Assembly: GCA_033549025.1 (NCBI GenBank)
Contig: JAWSUS010000037.1
Location: forward strand, 1-22,392
Length of the DNA: 22,392 nucleotides
Reading direction: 5' to 3'
Source: Desulfuromonadales bacterium
GTDB taxonomy: Bacteria; Desulfobacterota; Desulfuromonadia; Desulfuromonadales; SZUA-540
The translations under genes were made by a program, and so were the position numbers. Of the stretch, positions 1 to 5,140 are shown piece by piece. Position 1 is the first letter of the stretch. Every line of letters starts with the position of its first letter. Below the pieces are notes generated by a model. That model searched no databases. It was not told the origin of the DNA and saw only the letters and a list, made by a program, of their open reading frames with translations.

Positions 1-33
1 TTTCTGGCATCACTATGCCTGAAGTAGGAAGGC

Positions 34-1392
34 TTATCCACTTATACCGCTGTTCAAATTTCTGGAGCCGGCTCTTTTTATCAACCGATAGATGTTAAAT
101 GAAATAGCTGAATAGTGTGCCGTTAAAACAATACTATAGATGATAATTGTCAATGTCGGGCTAAAAGAAAAAAGAAATGAAAAATAAAAAATTAAAACAA
201 CCAACGACACTCTAACTACATTAAACCTTAAAAATAGACCTTGTCTTTCAAACACATTTAAAACACTCATCAATGGAGAAGATACAAATTGTGCCACTAA
301 ATAAATAGCTAAAATACGTGCAAATATACCTGCGCGGCCCCATTCTTCACCAAAAGAAATTGAAAATAACCATGGCCCGTATATAACCAGTATTAATGCA
401 GGCACTACGCTTAGCATAAAAAGTCTTTTTAAAACATACTTTGTGATTTTGCGTATTTTTTCTGGGTTTTTTCGTCCAACTTTTGCAATTTCACCGTAGT
501 ATGCTTGACCAGTTGTTTGGCCGAACAAAGCAATCGGCAACGCCAGTGCGGTCAGGGCCAATCCTAACTGGCCAGTTGTCTCAGCACCAAAAAGTTTAGC
601 ACTGAATATCAACGGCGCTTGAACAGAGAACACCAATAAAAACTGTGAGGGCAAGCGATATTTAGGAAAGTTTGAGTAATGCTTGAGCAAAAATAAAATA
701 CGCCGTTTGGTGACAAATCTTCCCCCGGCCCTGAACTTATTCTTAAAACTATTAGTAAGGCTCAGAATTCCTCCGGCCTGCGTCACCACATGCCCGAGCA
801 ATAGCCCCAAAGGTTTCAACGCAAGTAAACCCAATCCGATCTTGACAAGGGAACCACAGATTGACTGCCATACATTTGTTTTTGCAACTACTTTGAATGC
901 TTTTTCTCGAGTCGCCCACTGGGAAAGAATCTCATAAAACCCCGCCCCAACAACCGCAATAATGAGTAGCCACCAATATGGCATCAATAATTGCATGTCG
1001 AGAAGTGCCAATATCGGCCTGGCGAACAGCGATAAAACAAGCGCTGAAACAGTCGACATAACACCTAAAGAAATCAGACATAAAACAGCCAGATTGACTG
1101 CGAGCCCATCATTTTTTGGCAAAGGGAGAGCCATCGAATATCGCAAGGTTCCAAACGGGACAAGCATCGCCGTCATTGCGACAAAAACCGACAGTACACC
1201 CATATGTTCCGGCGTATATATACGGGTGATTATCGGTATCGAAATAGCGCCTAGAACTTTGGCAATGCCAGAACCACTGGCCAGCACAGCCATATTACGG
1301 AATACAGAATTTCCAGGACTATTGCTCTGCCATTTTTTTAAAACACGAGCTTTTTGGCTGGAGAACCAGCTTGATGTTTTTGCTTTAGCCAC
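34..1392 (-). CDS. wzx: Wzx-type oligosaccharide flippase (MOP superfamily polysaccharide biosynthesis protein)
   Basis: 452-aa polytopic membrane protein. The N-terminal pattern 'LASGSGIAKVLGAISIPIITRIYTPEHMGVLSVF...LRYSMAL' is typical of Wzx, and it lies in a capsule locus. Visibly more AT-rich than its neighbours. Start uncertain (GTG 1392 or ATG 1293). Confidence 0.88.
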   Translation of the reverse strand: MAKAKTSSWFSSQKARVLKKWQSNSPGNSVFRNMAVLASGSGIAKVLGAISIPIITRIYTPEHMGVLSVFVAMTAMLVPFGTLRYSMALPLPKNDGLAVNLAVLCLISLGVMSTVSALVLSLFARPILALLDMQLLMPYWWLLIIAVVGAGFYEILSQWATREKAFKVVAKTNVWQSICGSLVKIGLGLLALKPLGLLLGHVVTQAGGILSLTNSFKNKFRAGGRFVTKRRILFLLKHYSNFPKYRLPSQFLLVFSVQAPLIFSAKLFGAETTGQLGLALTALALPIALFGQTTGQAYYGEIAKVGRKNPEKIRKITKYVLKRLFMLSVVPALILVIYGPWLFSISFGEEWGRAGIFARILAIYLVAQFVSSPLMSVLNVFERQGLFLRFNVVRVSLVVLIFYFSFLFSFSPTLTIIIYSIVLTAHYSAISFNIYRLIKRAGSRNLNSGISG

Positions 1393-1465
1393 TAAGCGTT
1401 AAACCTTGCCTCAAATAAGCAGGAGATGATCCAAAATGCGTAAAATCGGGATGATGGTTTGACAA

Positions 1466-1506
1466 AGGGTCGGGTTGAGGGTCACCCAGGGTCGGGTTGA
1501 GGGTCA
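1466..1506. repeat. Tandem duplication of the 19-mer AGGGTCGGGTTGAGGGTCA
   Basis: Exact copies at 1466-1484 and 1488-1506 separated by CCC; directly abuts the repeat at 1507. Confidence 0.9.
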
Positions 1507-1565
1507 GGCCTGGCAAACGGGGATCTGGCATAAATGATCCGCGAGCTATTAAGGTTGTGCCAATT
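1507..1565. repeat. ~60-bp direct repeat, copy 1 (downstream of the parE stop)
   Basis: GGCCTGGCAAACGGGGATCTGGCATAAATGATCCGCGAGCTATTAAGGTTGTGCCAATT; differs from 2206-2265 by 2 substitutions and 1 indel. Confidence 0.95.
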
Positions 1566-1572
1566 CCAATCA

Positions 1573-1884
1573 TTAATCCAAGCGCTCCTTCAATCGTGCG
1601 ATGATGTCCATCCGTTCGTGAAGTATGGCCAGAATCAGTGCGGGGGCAGCAGCCCGAGGCAGGCAAAAGACATAGTGATGGCCTGCTAATCGCACACGAA
1701 CACCGGGGCATAGATCATCCCGCTGTCGGAAGGCTCCGCGCCCTTGTGCAAGCTCTATGGCGGCTGTTTCGATTTGCCTAATGTATTCCTGACGCTGTGT
1801 CGTACCCCATTTTCGTTCGGTATAGCTGGCAATCTTTTGAAGATCGACCGCAGCGCCGGCGGTGAGTAGGTAAGGTTGACTCAT
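1573..1884 (-). CDS. parE: Type II toxin, RelE/ParE family
   Basis: 103 aa with ParE hallmarks 'YLLTAGAAVDLQKIASYTERKWGTTQRQEY' and C-terminal 'HYVF...ILAILHERMD'. ATGA overlap with the upstream antitoxin. Confidence 0.92.
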   Translation of the reverse strand: MSQPYLLTAGAAVDLQKIASYTERKWGTTQRQEYIRQIETAAIELAQGRGAFRQRDDLCPGVRVRLAGHHYVFCLPRAAAPALILAILHERMDIIARLKERLD

Positions 1885-2126
1885 TCCGCAGATTCCGCCC
1901 TTATCGCTTGCTCTGCGATCTCGCTGATGCTGCCCTTGATCACCTCTCCCCGCTGCGCTTGGGCGACCCGCTCTGCGAGCAGGGTTCTGATATCATTCAG
2001 CTCCGTTTCCTGAGCATCGAAGAGACGCTCAAGTGTAAATTGCTTGATCGTTTTTCCCTCAAGTGCTGCCATGGCTTTCAGGGCCTGATGTTGCTGTTCG
2101 GTGATATCAATCGTCAGTCGGCTCAT
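1881..2126 (-). CDS. Type II antitoxin (ParD-like, ribbon-helix-helix type)
   Basis: 81 aa 'MSRLTIDITEQQHQALKAMAALEGKTIKQF' (beta strand plus helices, RHH-like) with an acidic C-terminus. GGGAG RBS; translationally coupled to parE. Confidence 0.85.
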   Translation of the reverse strand: MSRLTIDITEQQHQALKAMAALEGKTIKQFTLERLFDAQETELNDIRTLLAERVAQAQRGEVIKGSISEIAEQAIRAESAE

Positions 2127-2160
2127 TTATTTATCTCCCACGGTTGGTAAATGTATCCAA

Positions 2161-2189
2161 ACAATACCACAAATGTGGGTTTGTGTAAA
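2161..2189 (-). promoter_or_regulatory. Putative sigma70 promoter of the TA operon with overlapping operator palindrome
   Basis: Minus strand: TTTACA (2189-2184), 17 bp, TATTGT (2166-2161) preceded by TGn. Palindrome CCACA-aa-TGTGG (2167-2178) in the spacer, consistent with TA autorepression. Confidence 0.65.
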
Positions 2190-2205
2190 TTGATGGCTTG
2201 GATCG

Positions 2206-2265
2206 GGCCTGACAAACGGGGATTTGGCATAAATTGATCCGCGAGCTATTAAGGTTGTGCCAATT
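2206..2265. repeat. ~60-bp direct repeat, copy 2 (downstream of the dehydrogenase stop)
   Basis: GGCCTGACAAACGGGGATTTGGCATAAATTGATCCGCGAGCTATTAAGGTTGTGCCAATT; the last 31 nt are identical to copy 1; internal inverted arms ATTTGGCATAA / TTGTGCCAATT. Confidence 0.95.
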
Positions 2266-2285
2266 TGGAATCTTGAGTCGATGCC

Positions 2286-3602
2286 TCAAAGCCCCCAATA
2301 ACGCAATCCCGCGCTCTCAACCTCTGCCCGATCCAACACCGCCTTTACATCCACCACCACCCCGCAACCGTCATCGCAGCAGAGCGCCTTCAGAGCCGCT
2401 GGGGTGAAGCGTTGGCGGTAAGCATCGTGAGCCACGGCCCACACCACTGCATCCACCTGGCCGACATTATCCACATCTACAAGTTCCAAGCCATACTCAT
2501 GCCGCGCCTCATCGGCATCGGCCAAGGGATCGGCCACCAGCACCTCGACCTCGTAGTCCTGCAGTTCGCGGACGATGTCGATGACTTTGGAGTTGCGGAT
2601 ATCGGGAACGTTCTCTTTAAAGGTCAACCCCAGCACCAGCACCCTAGCCCCCTTGACCGCCTTGCCTGCTTTGATAAGCTTTTTGACAGTATTTTCGGCC
2701 ACATACTTGCCCATACCGTCGTTGATGCGGCGACCGGCTAGAATGACTTGCGGGTTATAACCGATGGCCTCGGCCTTGTAGGTGAGGTAATAGGGATCGA
2801 CGCCGATGCAGTGGCCTCCGACCAACCCGGGGGTGAACTTGAGAAAGTTCCACTTGGTGCCGGCCGCGGCCAGAACGTCCATGGTGGGGATGCCTAGTTT
2901 GCCGAAGATGATGGCCAGTTCATTCATGAGGGCGATATTGAGGTCGCGCTGGGTGTTCTCGATAACCTTGGCCGCTTCGGCTACTTTGATGCTGGAAGCC
3001 CGGTGCACGCCGGCAGAGACGACCATTTCGTAAACGCCGGCCACGGTGTCGAGAGTTTCAGCATCCTGCCCTGAGACTACCTTGATAATTTTGTCGACGG
3101 TGTGCACTTTGTCGCCGGGATTGATACGTTCAGGCGAATATCCGACCTTGAAATCAACTCCGCATTTGAGGCCCGATTCGGCCTCGAGAATCGGCACGCA
3201 GATCTCCTCGGTCACGCCAGGATAAACGGTCGATTCAAAGACGATGATGGCGCCGGGCGCCAGGTGGCGGCCGATGGTGCGGGCGGCCGACTCGACGGGG
3301 CGCAGGTCGGGCTTTTTGTAGTCATCGATAGGCGTCGGTACGGTGACGATAAGAAAGGACGCCTCTTTAAGCCGGGCCGGATCCAACGTATAGTCGATGC
3401 GCGTCGCCGCCAGTTCGGCGGAAGAGAGTTCGCCGGTGGCATCATAACCGCGCTTGAGCTCGGTGATTTTCTTGGCGCTGATATCAAAACCAATCACCTC
3501 GGCTACTTTGCCGAAGGCCGCTGCCAGCGGCAGGCCGACATAACCCAGGCCGACGAGGGCAATCTTGGCTTCTTTGTTGCGTATCTGTTCTACCCTGACC
3601 AC
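2286..3602 (-). CDS. wbpO: UDP-N-acetylhexosamine 6-dehydrogenase (WbpO/TviB/CapL-like nucleotide-sugar dehydrogenase)
   Basis: GLGYVGLP Rossmann motif, 'ESTVYPG', 'SPERINPG', catalytic 'GGHCIGVDPYYL', 'FKENVPDIRNSK'. Start moved to GTG 3602, which follows an AGGAGG RBS (ORF track start is 3629). Confidence 0.9.
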   Translation of the reverse strand: MVRVEQIRNKEAKIALVGLGYVGLPLAAAFGKVAEVIGFDISAKKITELKRGYDATGELSSAELAATRIDYTLDPARLKEASFLIVTVPTPIDDYKKPDLRPVESAARTIGRHLAPGAIIVFESTVYPGVTEEICVPILEAESGLKCGVDFKVGYSPERINPGDKVHTVDKIIKVVSGQDAETLDTVAGVYEMVVSAGVHRASSIKVAEAAKVIENTQRDLNIALMNELAIIFGKLGIPTMDVLAAAGTKWNFLKFTPGLVGGHCIGVDPYYLTYKAEAIGYNPQVILAGRRINDGMGKYVAENTVKKLIKAGKAVKGARVLVLGLTFKENVPDIRNSKVIDIVRELQDYEVEVLVADPLADADEARHEYGLELVDVDNVGQVDAVVWAVAHDAYRQRFTPAALKALCCDDGCGVVVDVKAVLDRAEVESAGLRYWGL

Positions 3603-3644
3603 GTTGTTCCTCCTGACATCGACTTCCAACCGACCATAAATCCT

Positions 3645-3746
3645 TTAGCCGCAGATTTCGCCGATTGGCGCAGATAAAAACCTTAAAGAAAGCCTATTTT
3701 CTTGGTTTTAGACCTTATCCGCGTTCATCTGCGTGCATCAGCGGTT
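3645..3746. repeat. ~100-bp imperfect palindrome built from CGCAGAT-type heptamers
   Basis: Left arm CGCAGAT/CGCCGAT/CGCAGAT (3650, 3659, 3669); right arm ATCCGCG/ATCTGCG/ATCAGCG (3717, 3727, 3737); inner arms AAAACC/GGTTTT and AAGAAA/TTTCTT. Confidence 0.85.
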
Positions 3747-3782
3747 TACTTACCTTTAAATCTCTCCGCTCACAGATAACGG

Positions 3783-4169
3783 TTAAGGTGCAACCAAAAG
3801 ATCGACCCTGTTTTCCAGGTAGCGGAAATCCAGCCCGGCGGCACCGAAGTTTACCAACAAGCCGATGGAAAGACCGGTCAGGCGCAGGCAATTTAAAACT
3901 TGGTTGGCGTGACTGGCCGCCAGATTCTTCATGGCTTTCAGTTCGACTAGCAGCTGCCCTTCCACCAGAAGATCAGCGCAAAATTCCCCGACGGACTGCT
4001 GGCGAAACCAGACCTCCAGCGGTACCTGAGTTTGCACTTCGAGGCCCTTTTCCTTGAGGGCCACGAGCAAGGCCGACCGGTAAACGGAATCCTGAAACCC
4101 TATCCCCAGTTCGTTGCTGACTTCAAAACAGGCACTGAGCACCTGCTCGGTGACTTCATCAAAAGCCAT
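3783..4169 (-). CDS. GxxExxY family protein (PD-(D/E)xK nuclease fold)
   Basis: 'CFEVSNELGIGFQDSVY', 'ADLLVEGQLLVELKA', 'GLLVNFG' match the family layout. ATG 4169 follows GGAGGGAG; 128 aa. Confidence 0.88.
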   Translation of the reverse strand: MAFDEVTEQVLSACFEVSNELGIGFQDSVYRSALLVALKEKGLEVQTQVPLEVWFRQQSVGEFCADLLVEGQLLVELKAMKNLAASHANQVLNCLRLTGLSIGLLVNFGAAGLDFRYLENRVDLLVAP

Positions 4170-4232
4170 ATCTCCCTCCGCAAAGAACAGATGAAACAAA
4201 ATCCCCTGATTCCCAGGTAAAGGACCTGCCCT

Positions 4233-4958
4233 TTACTCTGGCGACTTCCTCTCCAAGGCGGCCAGGCCGGCCCCAAGCATGACCCGGGTCGATTCGGGTC
4301 GATGGGCGTCGCTGCCGAAGCAGTGATAATACTGCCGCTGCTGCAGCTGACGAGCGCGCTGGGTGACGCTGCTGCCGTAATGGCCGGCGAAACTGCCGAT
4401 ATTCCCTTGGAACAGACACCCCTGCTGCCGCAGCGCCTCGACCAGACTGTGGGCGCCAGTCTCACCATCTCTGTCGGTGCCGGTGAAGTAGGCCTTGACC
4501 TTGTGCAGCAGACCGCCGCCGCTGGCGGGCAGAGCCAAGTAGCCGTAGCGCTCGGGATGGGCAAAGAGTGGCGTCAACCCCTTGCGCACGATGGCAAAGA
4601 TGAAATCTTTGAGAGCCTCGCCATCGGCCTGGGAGGGTGACTCGACCAGCACCATCCCCGTATCGCCCAAAGGCTGCAGATCGGACAGCAGACGCGGGAA
4701 GTATTCATCGAGGGTGTATTCCATGCCGGCATAAAGCTGCAGGGCAATGCCCTGATGATCGAGTTCCCGCTGTAGATCGGCCACTGCCCCCCGCACAGCT
4801 GTCGGCGTATTGTCATAAACGCCGCGTATGCAGTGGGGTGTGCAATAAACCTGCCGAAAACCGGCGCCGACCAGCAAGCGAGCCAATTCCACCGACTCGG
4901 CCAGATCGCGGCAGCCATCGTCGAGACCGGGCAATATGTGGCAATGGTAGTCGATCAT
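4233..4958 (-). CDS. cpsB: CpsB/CapC-family PHP tyrosine-protein phosphatase
   Basis: 'MIDYHCHILPGLDDG', 'TPH', 'AHPERY', 'GSDAH' metal-binding motifs; adjacent to wzc. Confidence 0.92.
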   Translation of the reverse strand: MIDYHCHILPGLDDGCRDLAESVELARLLVGAGFRQVYCTPHCIRGVYDNTPTAVRGAVADLQRELDHQGIALQLYAGMEYTLDEYFPRLLSDLQPLGDTGMVLVESPSQADGEALKDFIFAIVRKGLTPLFAHPERYGYLALPASGGGLLHKVKAYFTGTDRDGETGAHSLVEALRQQGCLFQGNIGSFAGHYGSSVTQRARQLQQRQYYHCFGSDAHRPESTRVMLGAGLAALERKSPE

Positions 4959-5096
4959 CTCTGCCCCCCGGATGCCACAAGCGCAGCACCGGGGTCCTTT
5001 CTCATTAACCGGAGGGAGTTGTATCAGGTATGGGAGGGGTTAGCAATTCAGGAAATTCCTGAGTTGCATAATGCAACACTTCTCAGTCTTTTTTGC

Positions 5097-5127
5097 TTTT
5101 GACCTATCCGCGTGCATCAGCGGCTAA
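5097..5127. repeat. Half copy of the heptamer element (right arm of 3706-3746 minus one 10-bp unit)
   Basis: TTTTGACCTATCCGCGTGCATCAGCGG versus TTTTAGACCTTATCCGCG[TTCATCTGCG]TGCATCAGCGG. Confidence 0.8.
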
Positions 5128-5140
5128 CAGGGGTAAGCCC

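Noticed and set aside
1385..1711. 108-aa minus-strand ORF spanning the repeat region
   Set aside because: Overlaps parE out of frame and reads through the repeats; no RBS or recognisable domain.
2227..2260. Canonical integron attC site in the 60-bp repeat (GCATAAA...GTTGTGC)
   Set aside because: Only 34 nt between the putative core sites, shorter than known attC sites; the AAC triplet is imperfect, the orientation is opposite to the genes, and no intI is in the window.
1466..3746. CRISPR array
   Set aside because: The repeats have two copies or irregular units, with no series of equal-length unique spacers and no cas genes.
4178..4196. Possible degenerate heptamer element upstream of GxxExxY (CCGCAAAGAACAGATGAA)
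   Set aside because: Only partial similarity (CCGC...CAGATGAA) with wrong spacing; too weak to call.
4962..4977. Sigma54-like TGGCA-N-GC spacing before cpsB
   Set aside because: GG-N10-GC spacing is present, but it lacks the TTGC and lies about 4 nt from the ATG, which would put the transcription start inside the gene.
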